This document shows, in pieces, positions 12,391-23,849 of a DNA stretch of 64,000 nucleotides. The notes beneath the pieces were generated by a model. It saw only the letters and a list, made by a program, of their open reading frames with translations. It searched no databases and was not told where the DNA came from. Source of the DNA: Octopus sinensis. Its lineage: Eukaryota. The stretch spans positions 19,344,001-19,408,000 of the forward strand of contig NC_043002.1 of the NCBI RefSeq assembly GCF_006345805.1, in the 5' to 3' direction. Both the position numbers and the translations under genes were made by a program. Each line of letters begins with the position of its first letter. Position 1 is the stretch's first letter.

Positions 12391-12624
12391 GGTAATAACA
12401 TACATAGGTGTCTGTTGCCATGATGTAAAACTATTATTATTATTATAATTTATAATTAACAGTGAAGATTGGGTTTTTTAATTTATTTGAACCACATTTC
12501 TAGCATTAGCATTTACTAATACTGATTCTTTAAATAGAATAAAAGCAGATCAAGTCATTGCAAATTGGGGAGATGTAAACTGTCTCAACCAACCTCATAT
12601 AAAAATACAACTTTGTTTACTTAC

Positions 12625-12746
12625 CAAGACAACTATGTCCATAGTGGATCATAAAATCTGCCCCGAGAGCTTTTGCAGTGAAGTCATCAACACAGCATGC
12701 ACCATAGGTGACATCTCCCATGATAAGGGTTTCTGCATCAGTGAAC
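12625..12746 (-). CDS. DPH1: DPH1 coding exon 5 ([40 protein letters not shown])
   Basis: cttcag acceptor and gtaagt donor, 122 bp. [11 protein letters not shown] (Fe-S cysteine motif) and HYGHSCL are hallmarks of DPH1. Confidence 0.98.
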
Positions 12747-12774
12747 CTGAAGAAAAGAAGTATCAGTAAATGAA

Positions 12775-12960
12775 TCATCATCATTTAATGTTTGTTGTCC
12801 ATGCTGGCATGGGTTGGATGGTTTGACTAGAGCTGGCAAGCTGGGGGTCTGCACCAGACTCCAGTCTGATTTGGCATGGTTTCTACAGCTGGATGTCCTT
12901 CCTAATACAAACCAACATACAGAGTGTGCTGGGTGCTTTTATGTGGTATTACACAGATGC
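12775..12960 (-). mobile_element. SINE/RTE 3' tail fragment
   Basis: Shared tail motif with (cat)n. Confidence 0.75.
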
Positions 12961-13230
12961 TTTACATGTCACCACATGGATGCTGTTATGTGATGCCACA
13001 AATAAATAAAAAGTCATGTTTTGTGGCTGGCTCCAGACCAGCCCAACCAAGTAGATCTATGATCAGAGACCTTCCAGCCACAACACTTATAACGGTAGTC
13101 TACATTTTTAAAGACCCAAGACTAAATAATGACTTACAGAACATTAAAAAAAAATTTCATAAAATCAGTAACAAAGAATGGATGAAGATAGATTTAAAAA
13201 ATTTTTTTAATTTCATATATAAATACCTAC

Positions 13231-13294
13231 TGTTTGATAATATCAGAGATAACACAGGCATAAATAAGGAGGCCTTCAGGGAACTGGAGTGCAA
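13231..13294 (-). CDS. DPH1: DPH1 coding exon 4 (VALQFPEGLLIYACVISDIIKQ)
   Basis: ttctag acceptor and gtaggt donor, 64 bp. VALQxPEGLL motif. Confidence 0.97.
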
Positions 13295-13387
13295 CTAGAA
13301 CAGAAAACAGAAAATTCAACATTAACCAAATAGAGTTAATCATACAAGAGTAGGATAATAAACAAGTAATGTGCACACACACGCATA

Positions 13388-13909
13388 TTGGGTTGTCCGG
13401 AAAGTTCATGCCAATTTATAGTAGCTTACTTTTTTACTTATTTTAGAACATGGTTGAGTCCATAAAATAGGATTTTACTACACCCCCATCTAGAGCACAT
13501 TTTAAACTATCTTTTCATGGAAGAAGGTTTCTGTTCTTATAATTTGTGTTAATTCTGTAACCCTTTAAAATGGAAGATAAATTTCATTTTCGGCACTTGA
13601 TCCTTTGAGAACCAAACAAAAATTGCTGCAGCTTGGCTGGAATGAGTTACCCAACCTTCCATATTCACCAGAATAGTCTTAATGGTAAAAATTTCAATTT
13701 CTTAGATGATGTAAAAAGATACCTTGATGAATTCTTTGCCATGAAAGTACCTCAATTCTGGGAAGAGGGTATTTTCAAGTTAAAGGAAAGATGGGGACGC
13801 ATTGTGCAACAAACTGGTTCATATTTGGTTGATTAAAAATGTAATGGCAAGTATTTATTGACCTTTTTCTTTCCTTTAAAAATCGGCACAAACTTTCTGG
13901 GCAACCCAA
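13388..13909 (+). mobile_element. Mariner deletion derivative (522 bp) with TIRs and TA TSD
   Basis: TIR ttgggttgtccggaaagtt / aactttctgggcaacccaa flanked by TA. Encodes the C-terminus FWEEGIFKLKERWGRIVQQTGSYLVD. Confidence 0.92.
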
Positions 13910-15292
13910 TATATAAGGACAGATAGATATACAGTTAAACAAACAGACAGATATAGGGAAGGGGCTCTATATTGCCCCACACTGAAAGTGTCACACAGTG
14001 GGACTAAATCCAAAACCACATGGTTACAAAGAGAGAGTCTTAACCACAAAGCCATGTCTGCACCTATGTTTTGATTTTTTCACTGTCTTCTGAACAGTCT
14101 GTGAATGTTGTGAAAATACATATAATTATTGGTATCTTTTGTCTTTTTTGTGTTCAGTATGGTGGTTGCCTACGTTTCATGTTCTCTAGCAGTGAATGGA
14201 AGAAAACGAATTCAGTTAGAGCTATTAAATAGTATACTTTTCTTTTTTCTTCAAATTTGATCTGATTCATGCCTAGTTTCACCTTACTTCTAATATTACT
14301 GAAACAGGAGAGACAATTCAGTTTTGTAATGGTCAGTTTGCATGTTTACTGGTTAGGGATTGGTGGCAAAACAGTTAAGTGTACATAGAGGAATGCAGTT
14401 ATGGTATCAATAAAGACAGGTATGTTTATTTTTTATATTGATTTGGTCTGAAGAAAGGAGCTGTATGGTTAAGAAGTTTGCAATCATATAGTTGTAGGTT
14501 TGATCTTAATACACAGCAAGTACCTCTCCTACTACTGCTTCAAGACAACCTAAGCATTGTGAGTCATGTTATGTAGAGGAAACCTAATTTCACTCATAAT
14601 TGTGAGTGAGATTGTGAGAAAACTCACTGAAGGGTCTGTACATGTCCTTGAGTGATAGACTTAATGTTGCCCAGTTAAACATCACAATCTGGCCATCAGT
14701 TACCTTTGGTGAGGTTCCCTATTGCAAACATTTAGATCAAATCTACAATCTAGGGGTAACTCAAAATGTTTGTCCTATTGAAGCACTTCATGTGTTGTGG
14801 TTTCTTCTTCCATTTCCACACACCAGTCTTGGAAGACTCTATAAATGTTCATAACTGCTGATCTTTACCCTTTAAATACTATATTAAAAAAAAAAAGCAC
14901 AAGAGTAAAACAAGATTATAGATGTAGTGCAAAATCTAAGAGATAGAGGAGATGAAAACAGAAGTGGGGATAGAAGGCCAGTGTAATGAGTGGACTTAGG
15001 ATAGAGCAATACAAAGATTGTATGTTTAGACTAGTGAAAATAGAGTGGACATAGAATGCATACATGCACACACACAGACACACATGCATAAATGCAACAG
15101 CCATCTACAGTTTCTGTTTAACAAATTTCACTCACAAGGTATTGGTTGGACAGGGCTATAGACAGAAGACACTTGCTCAAGGTACTTGCAGCAGAATAAA
15201 ACTTAGAATTACATGATTGTGAAGAGAAATTCTTAACCACATAGCAACACATTCACCTATATAAATATGAACATGTTTCTAGCACAACTCAC

Positions 15293-15362
15293 CTCTTTGA
15301 GCTCCTGTGCTTCTGATTCTCCAGATACTTTTATGAATTTCAAAATTATAATTCCTTGGAAG
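15293..15362 (-). CDS. DPH1: DPH1 coding exon 3 (LPRNYNFEIHKSIWRIRSTGAQR)
   Basis: taccag acceptor and gtgagt donor, 70 bp. LPxNYNFEIxK motif of DPH1. Confidence 0.96.
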
Positions 15363-15659
15363 CTGGTAAAAAATTATCAGGAAAATGATAAATAAATAAA
15401 TGAATAAAAGAAACAAAGAGAAAAATTCATTATTATGTGCATCGTTAAATTAAAAACATGAATTTTGTCTTGGAATTCTTCACATTTGGGTAAGATATCC
15501 AAGCATACGGTGGTGGATACCTCTGCATGAATTTTTAGTGAGATGTCCATTGCTAACAAACTGCCTCATCAAGTCCTGGATTTAAAAGCAAAGGACATTT
15601 AAATAGTGAGGTTAAGTACCTTCTTATTGTTTTCTCTCCATGAGTGTAGGACTTGAACT

Positions 15660-16020
15660 CAGTACTGCTAGTTATAGTATATTCACAGCTTATAGTTGTG
15701 AGCTGACAGCAGCGAGTTACACAGTATGTTTACAGCTGTGAGCCTAAAGTTCCTAGTTATACACTTTTTCCACTGCTTAGTTGTGAATTGGGGGTTGCTA
15801 ATTATACAAAATGCTTACAGTTTTAAGTGGGGGCTGTTAGTAAGAGAGTATGTTAAGTTGTGAACTGGGAGCTGCTAGTTTCATAGTATATTCATAGTTG
15901 TGAGCTGGGAGATGCTAGTCACACACTTTATCCACTGTTTCTAGTTGTGAACTGAACAAGACACTGCTAGTTATATAGTATGCTCATTGTTGACCGTGGT
16001 AAGCTGCAAGCTGTATACAA
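15660..16020. repeat. Degenerate ~40-bp minisatellite
   Basis: About 8-9 diverged copies of gttgtgagctgggagctgctagttatacagtat. Confidence 0.7.
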
Positions 16021-16239
16021 GAAATTAGAGAAAATCAGCCAAAGTTAGATATCTTTTGATATCAGAATAGCAGAATATAAACCACTGACCCTTCTGTTGC
16101 TAATCCATCACCCTATCAACTCAACCAGATGTGGATTGTTTTGGGGATGAATTTAATTATTTCATACGAACATCATTTAAATAGAATCAAATATGGGTTT
16201 CTGACATCACAACAACATCATCTCTTTTTGTAGGTCAAA

Positions 16240-16870
16240 GGATATAGTTGTAACTGATTAGATTAGTTCTATTAGATGTGTGGTGCATAATTTATTGACC
16301 TCCAGGAAAATGAAAAGTGAAATCAACTATCAGGAATTGAACTCAAACTTTAGAAATAACTAACTGTTGTCAATTAAGGAACAAGGCCGGCACTTTTTAG
16401 TCGATTACATTAACCACAGTACTTGACTGGTACTTTATTTTATCAACCCAAGAGGGAGGAAAGACAAAGTTAACCTTAGTGAGATTTGAACTCAGAATGT
16501 AAAGAGTCAGAATAAATACCATAAAGCATTTTTTCTTAATGTTTTAACAATTCTACCAATCCACCATCTTCAGAATGACTAAATAATGTAAGGTGTCTAG
16601 TCTAGTAATCTACCATTTTCTGCTGCTCCATTATCTTCATATACAACTAAATAATGGTTTCAAATTTTGGCGCAAGGCCAACAGTTTCAGGGGGAGTGAG
16701 TTAGTCGATTACATTGGCCCCCAGTGCTGGACTGGTACTTATTTTATTGACCTCAAAAGGATGAAAGGTAAAGACAACCTCAGCGGAATTTGAACTCAGA
16801 ACATAAAAATGGACAAAATGTTGCCAAGTATTTTAACTGACATGCTAACAATTCTGCCAGCTCACCATCT
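16240..16870 (-). mobile_element. Two CpG-decayed tRNA-SINEs (~16240-16575, ~16630-16870)
   Basis: tggtacttattttat-gacc..aaagg-tgaaagg..gaatttgaactcagaa core, as in 25900-26058. Confidence 0.8.
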
Positions 16871-17076
16871 TAAATCTAATTAAATAATAAATGAAAGTGT
16901 TACTTATGGATTTTAATTACCTTTCTACAGCTTTGATATTAAAAAAGTATTAAAAAAGGACATTAGAATGCTTGCTTTAGTTAAATAAAATAAAGTAACT
17001 GTCTTGTAAATTAGCAGTTTGACAAACAAAGATCAATAAAATAAGTATTATAGTGAAATAAATACTGCGATTGATA

Positions 17077-17490
17077 TCATCATCATTGTCATCATTATTC
17101 AATGTCCTCTTTTCCATGCTTGCATGGGACGAACAGAATTTTGTTGAGCTAGATCTTCTACAGCTGGATGCCCTTCCCGTGCCAACCCTCTCCTGTTCCC
17201 AACTGAAGTAACATTCCCTGTGACCAGACATGTTTCCATGGGAGACTAAAATTGAAAGACACCATTTCCTTGATGGTGACCTTTGTTTACAACTACACAT
17301 GAACTCTAGGCAAGGAGACAGTAACACATATACGGGATTCTTTCAGATTCCGTCTACCAAATCCACTCACAAGGCTTTGGTTGGTTCAGAGCTATAGCAA
17401 AAGACACTTGCCCAAGGTGCTTCATGGTAGAACTGAACCTGAGACCATGTAGTTAGAAAGCAAACTTCTTATCACACAGCTATGCCTGTG
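17077..17490 (-). mobile_element. Near full-length tRNA-SINE with RTE-type 3' tail
   Basis: Head ggcatagctgtgtgataagaagtttg..caggttcagttc, body cacaaggctttggt, tail ccatgc..(cat)n. Confidence 0.8.
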
Positions 17491-17576
17491 CCTAATTGAC
17501 TAAAAATCTTTAAAGTGGTGTTCTTGTATGGCTGCTGTCCAAAGATTAAAACCAGCAAAAGAAAAATAATATTTAC

Positions 17577-17653
17577 TTCATCAATAGCACTTTGCAGTTG
17601 AGGATCATTTAGAATATCCTCTGGGATCTTGTTAGTTGCACGTCTCTTCCCAG
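17577..17653 (-). CDS. DPH1: DPH1 coding exon 2 ((A)GKRRATNKIPEDILNDPQLQSAIDE)
   Basis: tttcag acceptor and gtaaat donor, 77 bp. Resembles the DPH1 segment NQIPPEILKNPQLQAAI. Confidence 0.92.
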
Positions 17654-17810
17654 CTGAAATAGAAAAAATAACAATAAAAGAAGGATGTAAATAAAAGCAT
17701 ATACACTATTCCAAATAAATCTATAAATACCATTTAGGATGTATCTATAAATTCCATATAGAAAAATACTTACATATATTTTCATCATCTTTATATACCT
17801 TATAAACAAT

Positions 17811-20800
17811 TTTGCCTGGTGATTTCAATGGGCATGTTGGACGACATGCTGGGGGCTTCCATGGCGTACATGGAGGCTACGGTTATGGTTCCCGCAACGA
17901 GGAGGGAACCAGGCTGCTGGAGTTCTGCGATGCGAATAGTCTTATGGTCTGCAACACTAACTTCAGGAAACCAACAAGCCACCTGGTCACCTACCGATCG
18001 GGCCGGCATACTAGCCAAATCGACTACATCCTTGCCAGAAAAAGGGAAAGATGGCTGCTTAAAAATGCCAAAACCTTCCCAGGCGAAGAATGCACCCCAC
18101 AACATAGACTGGTAGTTAGTGACTTTAGGATCAGGACTAAGAGGGCGACTAGAAGACGACCAACATGGAGAAGAAGGGTCTGGAAGCTTAAAGCCCCTGC
18201 GAATGGACAGAGATTTAGAGATATGTTACTTGAAGCCTTTGACGAAGTGGAAGGGGGTATAGCTACACATGGGGTAGAAGACAACTGGACGTTTCTGAGG
18301 GACAACCTGCTGAAAGCCGCTGACCAGATCTGTGGCTGGTGCAAAGTCCCCTTAAGACCCAAAATAACGTGGTGGTGGAACAATATTGTTGACAGGGCTA
18401 TTAGACAAAAGAAACAGGCTTGGAAGGCCTGGAAGAACGGTGGTAGCAGGGAAGGGTATCAGACTGCCAGAAGGGAAGCTAGGAGACAGGTCTATCTAGC
18501 CAGAGGGGAAGCAGATAAGAGAAAATTTGCCAATGTCCTGCGCCGTGAGGATGAAAGACTTGAGGTATTTCGTGTTGCAAGACAGTGTGTGAGAGAGAAT
18601 CGTGATGTGGTAGGAGAGAAATGTGTTCGCATGGAGGATGGTTCACTTGCGCTAAATGAGGATGCAAAGAGAGAAGCTTGGAGACGCCACTATGAAAGGT
18701 TACTGAATGAGGAAAATGAATGGGATAAAGAGAGTCTGCCGAATGTTGACCCTACAGAGGGACCAGCTATCCGAGTTGATAGTTCCGTGGTAGCTAAGGC
18801 AATTAGAAGCATGAAGACAGGGAAAGCGCCAGGCCCATCAGGAATTACTGCAGAGATGCTCAAAATATCTGGCAGTGTCGGCTATAACCTAGTCACCCGT
18901 ATAGTCAACCAGGTGATACACGAAGGAGTCATACCCAATGACTGGTGCAGCAGCATACTAGTCAACTGCTACAAAGGTAAAGGTGATGCCCTAGATACAA
19001 ATAACTACAGAGGTATCAAGCTGTTGGATCAAGTAATGAAGGTTACGGAGAGGGTCATAGCCCAACTAATTAGAGAGAGAGTTAGTTTAGATGAGATGCA
19101 GTTTGGGTTCGTGCCAGGGAAAAGTACCACTGATGCTATATTCCTGGTAAGGCAGCTGCAGGAGAAATACCTAGCCAAAGATAAGCCCCTGTACCTGGCT
19201 TTCGTTGACATGGAGAAAGCTTTTGATAGGGTCCCCCGATCCCTTATCTGGTGGTCAATGAGGAAACTAGGGATAGATGAATGGCTGGTGAGGACTGTGC
19301 AAGCCATGTACAGAGATGCCGTAAGTAAGGTTAGGGTTGGCAACATGTACACAGAAGAATTCAAAGTAGAGGTTGGGGTCCACCAGGGTTCAGTACTCAG
19401 CCCCCTCCTATTTATCATAGTACTCCAGGCAATTACGGAGGAATTCAAGACAGGCTGTCCCTGGGAGCTCCTCTACGCTGACGACCTTGCTCTTATTGCT
19501 GAGTCACTATCAGAACTGGAGGAGAAGTTCCAGGTGTGGAAGGAGGGTTTAGAATCAAGGGGCCTTAGAGTCAACCTAGCTAAAACCAAAGTACTAATAA
19601 GTAGAAAGGTAGACAATCCACAATATCTTCAGGAAGATGGCCCTGCTCGATCTGTAGAAAAGGTGTAGGTAGAAACTCTATAAGATGTACCCAGTGTAAG
19701 CTATGGACACATAAGAGGTGCAGCAATGTCAAAGGTAGGCTAACTGGGAAGATAGTTTTTGTATGTGGCAGATGCTCGGGAGCATTAACCTCCGAAAATC
19801 TGCAGAAAACAACTTCCGTCACTTTCCAGGGGGAAAAACTAGAAGTAGTTGATAGCTTCCGTTATCTAGGTGACCAAGTCAGTAGTGGGGGTGGGTGCGC
19901 TGAAAGTGTAACTGCTAGAATAAGAATAGCCTGGGCAAAGTTTAGGGAGCTCTTACCTCTGCTGGTGACTAAAGGCCTCTCGCTCAGAGTAAAAGGCAGA
20001 CTGTATGATGCGTGTGTACGAACAGCCATGCTACATGGCAGCGAAACATGGGCCGTGACTGCTGAGGACATGCGTAAGCTCGTGAGGAATGAAGCCAGTA
20101 TGCTCCGATGGATGTGTAATGTCAGTGTACATACTCGACAGAGCGTTAGCACCTTGAGAGAAATGTTGTACCTAAGTAGCATCAGTTGTGGTGTGCAAGA
20201 GAGACGATTGCGCTGGTATGGTCATGTGGCGAGAATGGATGAAGATAGGTGTGTGAGAAAGTGCCAATCCCTAGCAGTTGAGGGAACCTGTGGGAGAGGT
20301 AGACCCAGGAAAACCTGGGACGAGGTGGTGAAGCATGACCTTCGAACTCTAGGCCTCACTGAGGAAATGACCAGAGACCGAGACCTTTGGAAATATTCTG
20401 TACGTGAGAAGACCAGGCAGGACAAGTGAGCCCAGCCCACTTATGAATGCCTTTCCTCCCTTGGACACAAAGACCGGCTGAAGCAAGCGAAGTCGATATA
20501 GAACCTCATCCGACGACAGACACCCATGCCAACCCCCCATGCTTGCGAAGACATGTTGGGGCAAGCGAAATCGAAATCGAAACCGAATTGAACCAGCCAG
20601 GATCCCATGCCTGGTGGTACGTAAAAAGCACTATCCGACTCGTGGCCGTGGCACGTAAAATACTCCAATGCGACCGTACGACAGGCACCCATGCCAACCT
20701 CCTTTGCTTGTGAAGACATGTTGGGGCAAGCGAAATCGAAATCGAATTGAACCAGCCAGGATCCCTGGTCTGGTGGTACGTAAAAAGCACTATCCAACTC

Positions 20801-21093
20801 GTGGCCGATGCCAGCACCGCCTCGACTGGCTTCCGTGCCGGTGGCACATAAAATACACCAATCTGACCGTGGCCGTTGCCAGCCCCGCCTGGCACCTGTG
20901 CAGGTGGCACGTAAAAAGCACCCACTACACTCACGGAGTGGTTGGCGTTAGGAAGGGCATCCAGCTGTAGAAACATTGCCAAATTAGACTGGAGCCTGGT
21001 GCAGCCTTCTGGCTGCCCAGAACCCCGGTCGAACCGTCCAACCCATGCTAGCATGGAGAACGGACGTTAAACGACGATGATGATGATGATGAT
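17811..21093 (+). mobile_element. RTE-clade LINE copy 2, 5'-truncated in the EN domain, young; antisense in DPH1 intron 1
   Basis: 618-aa ORF 17812-19668. A 1-bp frameshift at ~19625 is followed by an open reading to the stop at 20429. 660-bp 3'UTR and (GAT)n tail. Possible TSD tttgcct (17811-17817, 21098-21104). Confidence 0.98.
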
Positions 21094-21157
21094 ATCATTT
21101 GCCTTGTGTTAGTATTTTGTTGAGCCTGAAGACAATACAGACTGGTTGACTTGGCAA

Positions 21158-22722
21158 GTTGTGAGATTACTAGTTCATGGCTTGTGATTTTGAATCTGTT
21201 GCAGATGTCAGACAACCTCACTGTGAAAGAATAGGAACAACAAGGTTGACTTTGCCTGTCACCCTTTTGGGGTCAATTAAATAAGTACCAGTTATGCACT
21301 GGGGTTAATGTAATCGACATAATCCCGTTGTGAGATTACTAGTTCATGGCTTGTGATTTTGAATCTGTTGCAGATGTCAGACAACCTCGCTGTGAAAGAA
21401 TAGGAACAACAAGGTTGACTTTGCCTGTCACCCTTTTGGGGTCAATTAAATAAGTACCAGTTATGCACTGGGGTTAATGTAATCGACATAATCCCGTTGT
21501 GAGATTACTAGTTCATGGCTTGTTATTTTGAATCTGTTGCAGATGTCAGACAACCTCACTGTGAAAGAATAGGAACAACAAGGTTGACTTTACCTGTCAC
21601 CCTTGTGGGGTCAATTAAATAAGTACCAGTTATGCACTGGGGTTAATGTAATCGACATAATCCCGTTGTGAGATTACTAGTTCATGGCTTGTGATTTTGA
21701 ATCTGTTGCAGATGTCAGACAACCTCGCTGTGAAAGAATAGGAACAACAAGGTTGACTTTACCTGTCACCCTTTTGGGGTCAATTAAATAAGTACCAGTT
21801 ATGCACTGGGGTTAATGTAATCGACATAATCCCGTTGTGAGATTACTAGTTCATGGCTTGTGATTTTGAATCTGTTGCAGATGTCAGACAACCTCGCTGT
21901 GAAAGAATAGGAACAAGGTTGACTTTGCCTGTCACCCTTTTGGGGTCAATTAAATAAGTACCAGTTATGCACTGGGGTTAATGTAATCGACATAATCCCG
22001 TTGTGAGATTACTAGTTCATGGCTTGTGATTTTGAATCTGTTGCAGATGTCAGACAACCTCGCTGTGAAAGAATAGGAACAACAAGGTTGACTTTACCTG
22101 TCACCCTTTTGGGGTCAATTAATAAGTACCAGTTATGCACTGGGGTTAATGTAATCGACATAATCCCGTTGTGAGATTACTAGTTCATGGCTTGTGATTT
22201 TGAATCTGTTGCAGATGTTAGACAACCTCGCTGTGAAAGAATAGGAACAAGGTTGACTTTGCCTGTCACCCTTTTGGGGTCAATTAAATAAGTACCAGTT
22301 ATGCACTGGGGTTAATGTAATCGACATAATCCCGTTGTGAGATTACTAGTTCATGGCTTGTGATTTTGAATCTGTTGCAGATGTCAGACAACCTCACTGT
22401 GAAAGAATAGGAACAAGGTTGACTTTGCCTGTCACCCTTTTGGGGTCAATTAAATAAGTACCAGTTATGCAATGGGGTTAATGTAATCGACATAATCCCG
22501 TTGTGAGATTACTAGTTCATGGCTTGTGATTTTGAATCTGTTGCAGATGTCAGACAACCTCGCTGTGAAAGAATAGGAACAAGGTTGACTTTGCCTGTCA
22601 CCCTTTTGGGGTCAATTAAATAAGTACCAGTTATGCACTGGGGTTGATGTAATCGACTTAATCCCATTGTCTATCCTTGTTTGCCCCCTCTATGTTGAGC
22701 CCCCTGTGAACAATAAAGAAAT
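21158..22722 (+). repeat. Tandem array of 9 units (169,169,169,169,166,168,166,166 bp + terminal unit) containing a SINE core
   Basis: Unit starts at 21158, 21327, 21496, 21665, 21834, 22000, 22168, 22334 and 22500. The last unit runs into the SINE 3' tail. Confidence 0.97.
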
Positions 22723-23849
22723 ATATTATTATTATTGTTGTTGTTGTTGTCAGGACAATAGATTGTCAGAATTAGTAAACCATCAGTAATTCGTTACAGC
22801 TGTTGATGTAATTTTTTTAGTTAAAATCCCACCAAGATTGCTTTTTGTTTTCTGGGGTTCATAAAACAAGAATCACTGTATTACTGGGTCAATTGAATTA
22901 ACTGGAGAATCCTTAATAATTTCTTATCCTTATTGGTTTGTCAACAGAAGGCTGCCTTTGTAACCTGCTTTCGGCATTAACATTGATTAATATCACTTAT
23001 GCTTTCCTTTTGCCATAGTTAGATCTTCTGGGATAAGAGCAGCTTTTTTTTTCGTTTTCAAACAGAATATAAAAACATTGTGAGATGTATAAACTGTTTC
23101 AGATAACTAATTAAATAGCTTAAAGAAGGAGCTTCTATGCAGTTGCTCCGTATGCTAGAAATAGTAAACAAATATCCTAAAATCACACTCTATTATCTTT
23201 TTTTTTAATGGAAGGACGTGTTGTATACTGTAGTTATAGATATACAAAAAGAGGGGAGGGTCACAAATGGAATACCTTTGATCATAGTTCTGATAGAGCA
23301 GAGCTAGTCTGGATTTAAACAACAATAGCTTTAACAAAACATATACGAAAGATACGGTTATTTGAGCTGCTAAGTTGGTTAAATTACATTTAATTGAGAC
23401 GTAAAATCACAACAAGCTATAATCTTTTGTTGCACTTCAAGATAATTGTTTCTTTTATCCACAATTACTCCTTTTCTCTTTTACAAAGAAGAAATGACTA
23501 ATAAGTGAGTTAAATAAGTTTATCTGTTGTTGACAGTGGAGAGAATGTGCCGTTGTTTAACCCCAGACTAGATCTGACCAAGCAGATCTATGAACAAAAG
23601 ACATTCCAGCCCTGATCATCCTGTATTTTTCGTGTTGCTGGAGCTATAAACAACAAACACTCGGCTGATTGAACTGAATATCAGGTACATATTATGTTAG
23701 AGATCTTTTACTGAAAGATTGTCTTGATAAAAAACTAAATAATTAAGAGACATGTAAGACAAAATATAAGGAGAAAGAAAACAGGGAGCAGTGATGCTGA
23801 GACAAGACCCAATGTTTTCCGAAAGAACCTAGTAAATTGAACTATCTTT

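Noticed and set aside
15505-15580. Possible extra exon on the minus strand (AG..GT bounded)
   Set aside because: No DPH1 similarity, and the flanking DPH1 exons join in frame without it.
21158-22722. CRISPR-like array
   Set aside because: Units are wholly repeated with no unique spacers, the context is eukaryotic, and there are no cas genes. The same applies to 7087-8412.
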